NCBI GenBank assembly: GCA_002269645.1
Contig: NIVC01000010.1
Location: 1,612,001 to 1,676,000, forward strand
Length of the DNA: 64,000 nt
Origin: Macrostomum lignano
Taxonomy: Eukaryota
Direction of reading: 5' to 3'
Every line of letters begins with the position of its first letter. Positions within the stretch are counted from its first letter, which is position 1. A program made the translations under genes and the position numbers. Under the pieces are notes generated by a model that saw nothing but the letters and a program-made list of their open reading frames with translations, ran no database searches and was not told where the DNA came from. Positions 1 to 12,751 of the stretch are shown in pieces.

Positions 1-825
1 GGGTTCGATGGGATATATTTCCATATATTTTCCTTTTCCCTTCCCTCCTACTTTCCATCTATTCGCACTTTCTTCCCCACCCCGCCTCTGGGCCAATGAG
101 CAGCTGCACTCAGAGGGATCAGGATGGGAGATTGGAGACAGACAGAGCGAGAGGGAGACAGCATAAGAGGCTGATGGTGGAGAAACGAAGCGATATGGGA
201 ACTGGGATTGCAGCCAGCGCTAGGCAGGCATGCAGCACCAGCGCGAGTTGCCCGCCACCCCAGCGAGGCGCCGGCAGCTGCCGCAGACTCCTCCGTCATC
301 GTCGACAGACAGTCAGAAGCCGCTGACGATCGCGAGCAGGTCGGACTCGTTCCAGCGCTTGCGAGTCCTGTTCTCAGAGGACGCGCCCCGGAGACCGCGC
401 CAGGAGGCGGCGCCGGCCTCAGCGGCCAGACAGAGGCGGTTCGGCCTGACCTACTTGAGGTTCGCTGCCGCTGACGCCGCGGAGGCCACCGTGCCGGAGC
501 GGTTCAGCAATGCGCTGGACTTCCTGCCCGAGTGTCCGCGCCAGCGAGTCTGCTCGCTGTTCGGCGCACCCCGCCGGCTGTTCGTGTCCCCCACTGCCGG
601 GGTCAATAGGACTGGCAGCCTGAAGGACTGGCAGCAGCGGAGGCAGCAGCAGCAGGAACGACAGCAGGCGGCCCCAGCAAATCCAGCATCACTGAGATCG
701 CAGCCTCATCAGGCGCTCAGCCGCATCGCTGGTTGCGGCAGTTTCCGCTTGAAGCTGGGCGCGAACTGTCGCAAGCTAGCCGGTTCCTGCCCCTCATGCC
801 AGGCCATGCTGTTCTACCTTTCCAG

Positions 826-3800
826 CGTGCCGGCCTTCAAGGACCTGCCAGCGGAGACTCTGAGCAAGCTGGCCGACGCGCTCGAGGCGGACCACTATCC
901 CAGCGGGGAGTACATCATCCGGCAGGGGGCCAAGGGCAACACGTTCTACATCATCGCCAAGGGGGCGGTGGAGGTGACGCGGCGGGACTCCACCACAGGG
1001 GAGGAGGTGTTCATCCGGAATATGAACCGCGGCGACTGGTTCGGCGAGAAGGCGCTTAAAGAGTGAGATTATCGCTAATCTGTTTAATCGCTGTCGAATA
1101 GGCAGAGGCAAAGAAATTGAAGAAGAAAATTGCTTGAATATTTTTCGACAGGGATTTGTGTTGAAGATTGCTTGAAAGCAGGTGTTCTTGGCTTTTTGCT
1201 TTTTTTATTACACTAGGGAGAGGAAAATTGCTCAAAGCACTGGGCAGCCAGCAGATTCTTAGTATTTAGGGGGGGTATTTCTCTTTTTTAACAAAAAAAC
1301 GAAAAAAAGAAAAATTCACACAAAGCAAAAAGCACGTGGAAATGATAATGCAATTTTAATTGCTAAATTAACACGGGAAGGCGCGGTTACAGGTTACAGT
1401 TGGCAGTAGAATAAGAAGTAGATACTAGAATGAGAAGTAGATAATTAGAATGAGAAGTAGGTAACTAGAATGAGAAGTAGATACTAGAATGAGAAGTAGA
1501 TACTAGAATGAGAAGTAGATACTAGAATGAGAAGTAGATACTAGAATGAGAAGTAGATACTAGAATGAGAAGTAGATACTAGAATGAGAAGTAGATACTA
1601 GAATGAGAAGTAGATACTAGAATGAGAAGTAGATAATTAGAATGAGAAGTAGGTAACTAGAATCAGAAGTAGATACTAGAATGAGAAGTAGATAATTAGA
1701 ATAAGTAGTAGGTAACTAGAATGAGAAGTAGAGAATGAGAAGTAGATACTTGAATGAGAAGTAGATACTAGAATGAGAAGTAGATAATTAGAATGAGAAG
1801 TAGATAATTAGAATGAGAAGTAGATAATTAGAATGAGAAGTAGGTAACTAGAATGAGAAGTAGATACTCATTCTAGATACTCACTCTTCTCTACTAGAAC
1901 AAGTAGATACTAGAACAAGAAGTAGATACTATAATGAGAAGAAGATAGCAGGCACTACATCCGGTAATCAGGAGCCATATGCTTGATATTTTGCATTCGA
2001 ATTCTGTCATCATAATCACCACCCTTATAGCGAGGACGTCCGCACAGCAAACATAGTGGTGTCGGATCCCTCAGGAGTTGACTGCCTGGTCCTCAGCCGA
2101 GAGTAAGACAACCAGCCTTGGTGACGAGTTTCTAAATAGCAAAGATTATTTATTATTTTCAATCCTGCTTAACTCACCTGGCTTTGACTTTCAGATCCTA
2201 TAAACAGCTGATCGGGGATTTGGCCAGCTTTGACCGGAAATATCCTGACGAGACGGCGCCAAAGTGAGCGGCGGAATGTAACTGGGAATGTAACTGTGGG
2301 AATGTAACTGTGGGAATGTAACTGTGGGAATGTAACTGTGGGAATGTAACTGTCGGAATGTACCTGTCGGAATGTAACTGTGGGAATGTAACTGTGGGAA
2401 TGTAACTGTGGGAATGTAACTGTCGGAATGTAACTGTGGGAATGTAACTGTGGGAATGTAACTGTGGGAATGTAACTGTGAGAATGTAACTGTGGGAATG
2501 TAACTGTGGGAATGTAACTGTCGGAATGTAACTGTGGGAATGTAACTGTGGGAATGTAACTGTGGGAATGTAACTGTGGGAATGTAACTGTCGGAATGTA
2601 ACTGTGGGAATGTAACTGTCGGAATGTAACTGTGGGAATGTAACTGTGGGAATGTAACTGTGGGAATGTAACTTTCGGAATGTAACTGTGGGAATGTAAC
2701 TGTGAATGTAACTGGGAATGTAACTGTCGGAATGTAACTGTGAGAATGTAACTGTGGGAATGTAACTGTCGGAATGTAACTGTGGGAATGTAACTGGGAA
2801 TGTAACTGTGGGAATGTAACTGGGAATGTAACTGTGAGAATGTAACTGTGGGAATGTAACTGTGGGAATGTAACTGTGGGAATGTAACTGTGGATATGTA
2901 ATTGTGGGAATGGAAGTTTCACCTACATGTATATTACGAGATTTATGCATTGGTTCTTATTAATGCCGAATTTTTATTCCAATAACCCGCAGACGAGCTG
3001 AAGAGTTCCGCCATCTCACTTTGAAGGATCTGTACATTGTGGCTACCCTGGGGGTTGGCGGCTTCGGTCGCGTGGAGTTGGTGAGTGGGAAGATTAGAAT
3101 GGATTGCTAATCTATGGCTCACGTGGGTTAGTGCATTAGAATGGATTGCTAATCTATGGCTCACGTGGGTTAGTGCATTAGAATGGATTGCTAATCTATG
3201 GCTCACGTGGGTTAGTGCATTAGAATGGATTGCTAATCTATGGCTCACGTGGGTTAGTGCATTAGAATGGATTGCTAATCTATGGCTCATGTGGGTTAGT
3301 GCATTAGAATGGATTGCTAATCTATGGCTCACGTGGGTTAATGCATTAGAATGGATTGCTAATCTATGGCTCACGTGGGTTAATGCATTAGAATGGATTG
3401 CTAATCTATGGCTCACGTGGGTTAGTGCATTAGAATGGATTGCTAATCTATGGCTCACGTGGGTTAGTGCATTAGAATGGATTGCTAATCTATGGCTCAC
3501 GTGGGTTAGTGCATTAGAATGGATTGCTAATCTATGGCTCACGTGGGTTAATGCATTAGAATGGATTGCTAATCTAGCCAATCATTTCATAAAAAGTATA
3601 TACAAAGTTGCTAATCTGACTGATATAAATAGGCAATAAAATTGGATAATAATAATGGCTCTAAACGCCTGGCTAACGAACCTTCAGCCCTACCTGACCT
3701 CTGTAATCCCACCTGCAGATGGTGCGCAGATAAATCTTGGTGCTGCTTCAACTGGAGTGAATTTACAATCCTCTGGAAGTGTTATTGCCCTGGACAAAAT

Positions 3801-6800
3801 TACTGCAAAAGCATGATTTATTGTTTCTGAGGCATATTGCACTTCTTCCTTGCTGTATCATCTATAGTGGGGGGGGGGCTTCTGCAGTCTGCACCGCTTG
3901 AACCCCACCCCATCAAATTATTCCATAAATGGGGATTTTCGGCTCCTGGAATTTCTGAAATAATATTTTTTGTCATCAGACGTTTTTTTGTGAAGTTGCT
4001 CATTAAATGTAAAAGTTCTAAATCATCTTATTTCCACCAGAACCCGATTAGAGTTCAAGCCACGCCAACGATATGTTGAGTAAAACACTTTATAAGGCAG
4101 AAATATGGCATAGTCCAGTTTTAATTGGTATATTGAAGTGTACATGCCCGACGATTAGAAAGACAGGGCTGCTGTACAATCCTATGTGAGCGTGCTTAAA
4201 TTCCATTGTAAAAAATATTTTATAAATCGTATTCAGTAATATAAAAAATGAAAAATGTACTTTAATCTTAAGATTGGCCCAACTATTTAGCATCTGGTGT
4301 CACTGAGATGAATTGACTGAATTTTTAATGAATTTCCTGACATGAAAATGAGGCACTAAAATGGGACACACACTTTTTCTGCTTTTCTGGCTGGCTCTGA
4401 GTTCCGGTCTCAGAGACTGACTTTTATTATCAGTATTAAGCGATGGAGTGCGAAGGAGTTTTTATAGTAACAATCATTTTTTATTATTCATTCTGTTCAG
4501 AAAGCTTTTTATAGTTTTTTTAGTTAGCTAAATTTCCTTGGACCGTAAGTCTATGTTTTGATTCATTGGTCCCTTAGCAACCGGAATTCGGTCCTTATCT
4601 GATAGTTCGATTGACTGCTCCCTTAGCAACCGGAATTCGGTCCTTATCTGATAGTTCGATTGACTGCTCCCTTAGCAACCGTAATTCGGTATTTAATTTT
4701 GATTAATTGGTCCCTTAGAAACCGGAATCCGCTCTTTTATTTTGACCGATTGCGATTGGTCCCTTAGCAACCGCATTTCAGTCTCTGTTTTGATTCACTG
4801 GTCCCTTAGCAACCGGAATTCGGTCGCTGTTTTGATTGATTGGTCCCTTAGCAACCGGAATTCGGTCTCATGTTTTGATTTATTGGTCCCTTGGCAACAG
4901 GAATTCAGTCTCGTATTTTGATTGATTGGTCCCTTAGCAACCGGAATTCAGTCTCATGTTTTGATTTATTGGTCCCTTGGCAACAGGAATTCAGTCTCGT
5001 ATTTTGATTGATTGGTCCCTTAGCAACCGGAATTCAGTCTCATGTTTTGATTTATTGGTCCCTTGGCAACAGGAATTCAGTCTCGTATTTTGATTGATTG
5101 GTCCCTTAGCAACCAAAATTTGGTCTCTATGTTTTGATTTATTAAATCTACAAACGGCGGTCTTGTTATAATATACTTGGACTCTTTACATGTACATCAA
5201 TGCTCCGTGTTTGCTATTCGACTAATTAACCCTCACCTGAACCCCCAGGTGCAAATTAACAACGACAACCAGCGCAGTTTTGCACTGAAGCAGCTCAAGA
5301 AGCAGCACATTGTCGAAACTCGCCAGCAGGAGCATGTCTTGAACGAGCGCGACATTCTGGCCGAGTGCAACTCAGATTTTGTTGTTAAGTGCGTTTCTGA
5401 TTTGATGTACTTTTATCTGCGTCTAAGGGCGTCGCCAGGTCCCTGGGCGCGGTTCATGCTATCTGAGTTGGCGCCAGCACCTGGGGGCGCCAGCACCTGG
5501 GGGCGCCAGCACCTGGGGGCGCCAGCACCTGGGGGCGCCAGCACCTGGGGGCGCCAGCACCTGGGGGCGCCAGCACCTGGGGGCGCCAGCACCTGGGGGC
5601 GCCAGCACCTGGGGGCGCCAGCACCTGGGGGCGCCAGCACCTGGGGGCGCCAGCACCTGGGGGCGCCAGCACCTGGGGGCGCCAGCACCTGGGGGCGCCA
5701 GCACCTGGGGCCGCCAGCACCTGGGGCCGCCAGCACCTGGGGCCGCCAGCACCTGGGGCCGCCAGCACCTGGGGGCGCCAGCACCAGGGGCGCCATGTAC
5801 TTTTGGCCGCTGACGGCCTTGAGCGGGACAAGCCTTCAATATAAGTTTTTTCGTCCTCCCCGCAGGCTGTACAGAACCTTCAAAGATCGCAAGTATTTGT
5901 ACATGCTGCTGGAGTGCTGCCTTGGCGGAGAGCTGTGGACTGTGCTGAGAGACAAGTGAGACCTTGGGATGGAGATGGAGAGTAGGGTTGATATAGTAAT
6001 AGGAGAAGTTATGGGCTGTATTGTATGTAGAAAGAGAATATGAGAGTAGGAAGGAGGGTATGGCAGTAGCAAGGAGGGTATGAGAGGAGCAAGGAGGGTA
6101 TGAGATCAGCAAGGAGGGTATGAGATCAGAAAGGAGGGTATGAGAGCAGCAAGAAGGGTGTGAGGGTAGCAAGGAGGGTATGAGATCAGCAAGGAGGGTA
6201 TGAGATCAGCAAGGATGGTATGAGATCAGCAAGGAGGGTGTGAGATCAGCAAGGAGGGTATGAGATCAGCAAGGAGGGTATGAGATCAGAAAGGAGGGTA
6301 TGAGATCAGCAAGGAGGGTATGAGAGGAGCAAGGAGGGTATGAGAGCAGCAAGGAGGGTATGAGATCAGCAAGGAGGGTATGAGATCAGCAAGGAGGGTA
6401 TGAGATCAGAAAGGAGGGTATGAGAGCAGCAAGAAGGGTGTGAGGGTAGCAAGGAGGGTATGAGATCAGCAAGGAGGGTATGAGATCAGCAAGGAGGGTG
6501 TGAGGGTAGCAAGGAGGGTATGAGAGCAGCAAAGACTGCACAACAAAAGCGGATGAAAGTCAATAACTGCTCCCCAATTCCCCGAATTCCCTGGAAGGGG
6601 CCACTTCGATGACTCAATGACGAGATTCTACATGGCCTGCGTATCGGAGGCGCTGAGCTACCTGCACAGACGGGGCATTGTGTACCGCGACCTCAAGCCT
6701 GAGAACCTGCTGCTGGACTCCGCCGGCTACTGCAAGCTCACAGACTTTGGCTTCGCCAAGCGCATCGGCTTTGGCAAGAAGACCTGGACCTTCTGTGGCA

Positions 6801-9636
6801 CTCCCGAGTACGTGCCGCCTGAGGTGATCCTGAACAAGGGCCACGACCTGTCTGCCGACTTCTGGTCTCTTGGCATCCTCATGTTCGAGCTGCTGACCGG
6901 GACTCCACCGTTCAGCGCCTCTGATCCCATGAAGACCTACAATATCATCCTCAAGGGCATCGACGCGGTGGAATTCCCGCGTAGGGTCAGCAGGAATGCT
7001 CAGAACCTCATCAAGAAGCTGTGCAGGTGAGTGGCTATGGGATTATTGTAGCTGTGGGGATTATTGTATCTATGGGGATTATTGTAGCTGTGGGATTATT
7101 GTATCTGTGGGATTATTGTAGCTGTGGGGATTATTGTAGCTGTGGGATTATTGTAGCTGTGGGATTATTGTATCTATGGGGATTATTGTATCTATGGGAT
7201 TATTGTAGCTATGGGGATTATTGCAGCTGTGAGAGGTGGCCTTGGAGTTCCCTGTTTACTTCTTTATTCGATGACTGAATTCGAAAGCCGCTGTCGCCCC
7301 TGCAGGGATAACCCCACTGAGCGAATCGGTGTGGGCCGTAGCGGCATTGTGGAGGTGTCCCAGCACCTCTGGTTTGAGGGCTTCAACTGGGGCGGCGTGA
7401 GGTCGCGCAGTCTCAAGCCGCCGCATCTGCCGCAGGTGAGCAGGGTGGGGGGATGGATAAGAGGTAGGGAGAAGAGGAGGTTGTCAAACAGAAGGGAGTC
7501 AGCGGATCAGGCCGAAGGGAGACAGCGGATCAGACGGAAGGGAGACAGTGGATCAGACAGAAGGGAGACAGCGGATCAGACAGAAGGGAGACAGCGGATC
7601 AGACAGAAGGGAGACAGCGGATCAGACAGAAGGGAGACAGCGGATCAGACAGAAGGGAGACAGCGGATCAGACAGGAGACAGCGGATCAGAGAGGAGATA
7701 GCGGATCAGAGAGGAGACAGCGGATAAGACATGAGACAGCGGATCAGACAGGAGACAGCGGATCAGACAGGAGACAGCGGATCAGACAGGAGACAGCGGA
7801 TCAGAGAGGAGACAGCGGATCAGACAGGAGGGAGACAGCGGATCAGACAGGAGGGAGACAGCGGATCAGAGAGGAGACAGCGGATCAGAGAGGAGACAGC
7901 GGATCAGAGAGGAGACAGCGGATCAGACAGGAGGGAGACAGCGGATCAGACAGGAGGGAGACAGCGGATCAGAGAGAATACAGCGGATCAGAGAGGAGAC
8001 AGCGGATCAGAGAGGAGACAGCGGATCAGAGAGGAGACAGCGGATCAGACAGGAGGGAGACAGCGGATCAGACAGGAGGGAGACAGCGGATCAGAGAGGA
8101 GACAGCGGATCAGACAGAAGGGAGACAGCGGATCAGACAGGAGGGAGACAGCGGATCAGAGAGGAGACAGCGGATCAGAGAGGAGACAGCGGATCAGACA
8201 GGAGGGAGACAGCGGATCAGAGAGGATACAGCGGATCAGAGAGGAGACAGCGGATCAGAGAGGAGACAGCGGATCAGAGAGGAGACAGCGGATCAGACAG
8301 GAGACAGCGGATCAGAGAGGAGACAGCGGATCAGACAGAAGGGAGACAGCGGATCAGAGAGGAGACAGCGGATCAGACAGAAGGCACTGAAAAACTGACT
8401 CATTGGTTCGTGAATCGAAATCGAGAAAATTTGAAAAGTCAATCAAGCGTAAATTTCTTGCAAGCGGGACTTCTTTAGGCCTGGATATTTTTTTCTAATT
8501 CTTCAAGAACCAAAGTGCTACATCGCCCTGAAGGGATTCACCGAGCGTTAAGAATTTCTTTTCGTAAAGAGCTGATCTGGCAAAGCACAGACTGACAGAC
8601 CGCTACAGAAGTTAGTTGCAATGACTTATAACTAAGCATCAGGAGACCCAGCGGTCCTGTTTGCTTTGCCAGGCTTTGGAGAACAAATACGAGTCACTGC
8701 TATGGCTGTTGGAGTCATTCAATCAGTCAGACAGCTTCAGCTATCGATCTTTGGCAGTTTTTCAGATCTTTTTTTCTGCACCAGCCTGTGCTAGTGGACT
8801 CTTGCTGAAATATAGCTGTTGGGAAATATATGCCTATCTTAGTCTCTATTCTGAGTAGTGCAATTCGTATATTTATGATAGAGCATAATTTATTCATAGC
8901 ATAGCTAGAACATAGTTTTTATAATCTTTATATCCTTGGATTATAAAAGGGGAGAAGGACATAAGGGTGTGGGGGTAATTGGAGGAGGGGTGAGAGGGAG
9001 AGATGACAACAGGGTGAACAGGGTGAGAGGGAGAGATGACAAGAGGGTGAGAGGGAGAGATGAGGGCAGGGTGAGAGGGAGAGATGACAACAGGGTGAGA
9101 GGGAGAGAGGACAACAGGGTGAGAGGAAGAGAGGACAACAGGGTGAGAGAGAGAGATGAGGGCAGGGTGAGAGGGAGAGATGACAACAGGGTGAGAGAGA
9201 GAGATGAGGGCAGGGTGAGAGGGAGAGATGAGGGCAGGGTGAGAGGGAGAGATGAGGGCAGGGTGAGAGAGAGAGATGAGGGCAGGGTGAGAGGGAGAGA
9301 TGAGGGCAGGGTGAGAGGGAGAGATGAGGGCAGGGTGAGAGGGAGAGATGAGGGCAGGGTGAGAGGGAGAGATGAGGGCAGGGTGAGAGGGAGAGATGAG
9401 GGCAGGGTGAGAGGGAGAGATGAGGGCAGGGTGAGAGGGAGAGATGAGGGCAGGGTGAGAGGAAGAGATGAGGGCAGGGTGAGAGGGAGTCAGTCAGTCA
9501 GTCAGTGGTTGGCAGTCGCACCCAACCACCCCACCCCCAGGTGGCCTCCCCCAAGGACGCCAGCAACTTTGACGATTACCCACCGGACCCGGAGCAACCA
9601 CCAGATGACGTCAGCGGCTGGGACAAAGACTTCTGA
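826..9636 (+). CDS. PRKG1: cGMP-dependent protein kinase (PKG) from the second cyclic-nucleotide-binding domain to the C-terminus; 5' part is outside the window or is an alternative first exon
   Basis: Exons 826-1062, 2031-2102, 2195-2263, 2993-3080, 5249-5388, 5866-5955, 6598-7026, 7306-7435, 9541-9636; all GT-AG and phase-consistent. Motifs: [18 protein letters not shown] and FGEKAL..EDVRTAN, Gly loop [27 protein letters not shown], and PKG C-terminus [19 protein letters not shown]. The symbol is a family-level call. Confidence 0.95.
1407..1945. repeat. 19-bp minisatellite TAGAATGAGAAGTAGATAC (PKG intron)
   Basis: Direct tandem units visible. Confidence 0.9.
2272..2910. repeat. 14-bp minisatellite GGAATGTAACTGTG (PKG intron)
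   Basis: Tandem units start about 8 nt after the donor at 2264. Confidence 0.95.
3093..3577. repeat. 42-bp minisatellite AGAATGGATTGCTAATCTATGGCTCACGTGGGTTAGTGCATT
   Basis: About 11 near-identical units, nearly all with a CACGTG E-box. Confidence 0.95.
4555..5130. repeat. About 41-49-bp minisatellite with core GGTCCCTTAGCAACCGGAATTC
   Basis: About 13 degenerate units. Confidence 0.9.
5468..5795. repeat. 16-bp GC-rich minisatellite GGCGCCAGCACCTGGG
   Basis: About 20 units. Confidence 0.95.
6045..6535. repeat. 20-bp minisatellite TGAGATCAGCAAGGAGGGTA
   Basis: Tandem units; a variant block recurs at a 280-bp spacing (6151 and 6431). Confidence 0.95.
7036..7232. repeat. 17-18-bp minisatellite GGGATTATTGTAGCTGTG
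   Basis: Tandem units right after the donor at 7027. Confidence 0.9.
7490..8383. repeat. 19-23-bp minisatellite GAGACAGCGGATCAGA(C/G)AG
   Basis: Tandem units. Confidence 0.95.
8985..9489. repeat. 24-bp minisatellite GAGGGAGAGATGAGGGCAGGGTGA
   Basis: Tandem units ending about 50 nt before the last PKG exon. Confidence 0.95.
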
Positions 9637-10094
9637 GTCACCAAAACCGCAAAAGCAGTCTCTTAGTCTTTGTTCAAGAAAGCTTATTGTCAGTTTAGTA
9701 AATGTTTGGCACAAGACTTGCTTAAAAAGATTTCCCATGAGTGTTTAAGTGCGTTATGTACTACTAATTCAGAACGGTTCGCATATAATAGTATTCAAGA
9801 TTTTATATTGCTATATCCGAGTCTTAATGGCTTATAAGCGGTTGTGTTATATTAATATTTTAGTCTTTGTTTATGCAGCATTTTCTGTTTTATTTGTTAC
9901 TCAACTGAAAGGAATTTTAAAAAATCTGAATCTCCACCAAAACTTGTCTAACAAAAAGTTTCTGCTGTTAGCGTTTGCGATGGGCTAAAATATAATTTGA
10001 AAGCAGCCTGATATGCTTTGATTGCGTCACTGAGTGAGCAGTCTGAATGGCGAAATCGTGTATATGTGATCAAACAGTTTTCAAAATGCAGATG

Positions 10095-10992
10095 GTGATA
10101 AACACAAATATAGATCGAGATAAACACAAATATAGATGGAGAGAAACACAAATATAGATGGAGAGAAACACAAATACAGATGGAGATAAACACAAATATA
10201 GATGGAGAGAAACACAAATATAGATGGAGATAAACACAAATATAGATGGAGAGAAACACAAATACAGATGGAGATAAACACAAATATAGATGGAGATAAA
10301 CAGAAATATAGATGGAGAGAAACACAAATATAGATGGAGATAAACACAAATATAGATGGAGAGAAACACAAATACAGATGGAGATAAACACAAATATAGA
10401 TGGAGAGAAACACAAATACAGATGGAGATAAACACAAATATAGATGGAGATAAACAGAAATATAGATGGAGAGAAACACAAATATAGATGGAGATAAACA
10501 CAAATATAGATGGAGAGAAACACAAATACAGATGGAGAGAAACACAACTACAGATTGAGAGAAACACAACTACAGATTGAGAGAAACACAACTACAGATT
10601 GAGAGAAACACAACTACAGATTGAGAGAAACACAACTACAGATTGAGAGAAACACAACTACAGATTGAGAGAAACACAACTACAGATTGAGAGAAACACA
10701 ACTACAGATTGAGAGAAACACAAATATAGATCGAGATAAACACAACTACAGATTGAGAGAAACACAACCACAGATTGAGAGAAACACAAATATAGATGGA
10801 GATAAACACAACTACAGATTGAGAGAAACACAACTACAGATTGAGAGAAACACAACTACAGATTGAGAGAAACACAAATACAGATTGAGAGAAACACAAC
10901 TACAGATTGAGAGAAACACAAATATAGATGGAGATAAACACAACTACAGATTGAGAGAAACACAAATACAGATCGAGTTAAACACAAATACT
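10095..10992. repeat. 22-bp minisatellite GATGGAGATAAACACAAATATA / GATTGAGAGAAACACAACTACA
   Basis: Tandem units with two variant domains. Confidence 0.95.
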
Positions 10993-11382
10993 GAGAACCT
11001 GTATTGAACAGTCAGATCGACTCGCTAGGGAAGGTATTTCTCATGTTATTGAGGCTCGCGCCTTCTAGATTCTAGCTGGCGATGGAGCTGAAGTAGATCT
11101 TAGTCTATGTAGACAGCCCAGGCAGATTGTACATTCTGACCAGCCCGCGATAACCATAGTGGGCCTCTGCTGTCCCAATGCCACTGCTTCTTGTGAGATT
11201 GACAGCGAATTTGAGGTGGACAGGTTGATGTGGACAGCGAGGGAGATAGAGAATGGTGAGAGAGAGGATGAGGATAGTACTATCAATCTACGCCCCTGTT
11301 GGGGCTTGGGGGTGGCAAACAAAGAATGTAATACATATTTTAAAAATTATATACACCTGTAGCTTTTAACCTCAGCCTTGAC

Positions 11383-12172
11383 ATCTCAGCAATTCCCCCC
11401 AAGCCTTGACATCTCAGCAATTCCCCCCAAGCCTTGACATCTCAGCAATTCCCCCCAAGACTTTACATCTTAGCAATTCCCCCCCAAGGCTTTACATCTC
11501 AGCAATTCCCCCCAAGGCTTTACATCTTAGCAATTCCCCCCCAAGGCTTTACATCTCAGCAATTCCCCCCAAGACTTTACATCTTAGCAATTCCCCCCCC
11601 AAGGCTTTACATCTCAGCAATTCCCCCAAGACTTTACATCTTAGCAATTCCCCCCCCAAGGCTTTACATCTCAGCAATTCCCCCCAAGACTTTACATCTT
11701 AGCAATTCCCCCCCCAAGGCTTTACATCTCAGCAATTCCCCCCCAAGACTTTACATCTCAGCAATTCCCCCCAAGGCTTTAAATCACAGCAATTCCCCCA
11801 AGGCTTTACATCTCAGCAATTCCCCCCAAGACTTTACATCTTAGCAATTCCCCCCCAAGGCTTTACATCTCAGCAATTCCCCCCAAGCCTTGACATCTCA
11901 GCAATTCCCCCCAAGCCTTGACATCTCAGCAATTCCCCCCAAGACTTTACATCTTAGCAATTCCCCCCAAGGCTTTACATCTCAGCAATTCCCCCCAAGA
12001 CTTTACATCTTAGCAATTCCCCCCCAAGGCTTTACATCTCAGCAATTCCCCCCAAGGCTTTAAATCTCAGCAATTCCCCCCAAGGCTTTACATCTCAGCA
12101 ATTCCCCCCAAGACTTTAAATCTCAGCAATTCCCCCCAAGGCTTTAAATCTCAGCGATTCTAATCCCAAGAT
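11383..12172. repeat. 28-30-bp minisatellite TTTACATCTCAGCAATTCCCCCCAAGGC
   Basis: Tandem units with a variable C tract. Confidence 0.95.
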
Positions 12173-12751
12173 TTTACATCTTGAGTGAGAGATTTAGAAG
12201 GTTAGAAAGATATGTAGGAAGAGACTTCAGTCTTCAACAGCCTGGAGATTCACCGCCCTTAGCGTTCGCGTGTGCGGTGGACTTTGCTACTTTCACCCTG
12301 GTTTCTAATCTGTGTTTTCACTGCAATTTTTATTTGCAGAGTCACTGCAATGCTCATAAATCGTACTTGAAATATACATTCAGTTGCATATTGCAACCAT
12401 GAGAAAGTCCCTTTGCAGTTGGGGCAGTCACTTTTGTGTGCCTTTTAGGCCGAGATACAGTAATGTACGTGAATGTTATCAACTTTTTTCACTTTTACTT
12501 TTTAGTTTCAAACGAGTGCTGGTATAGCCAAAATGTTTGACCAAAGCTTTACAATCATCCAACAATTATTGAAGGCGAATTCAAACATTTCATTGTAAAT
12601 GGTTAAAGTCAATTCCCAAAGTTCAGAAAACGACGATGAACGAACACCTTTGCTGAGGTAAATAACAGAGTGCAACATATTCTTATTGAAATCTGTTTTA
12701 TCATACTGCAGCATATGAGTTCAGGTGTAGATTACACTAATCAGAATGACT

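Noticed and set aside
8500-8860. Possible nested exon or transposase fragment in the last PKG intron
   Set aside because: Short ORFs with stops and no recognisable motif; the PKG frame is complete without it.
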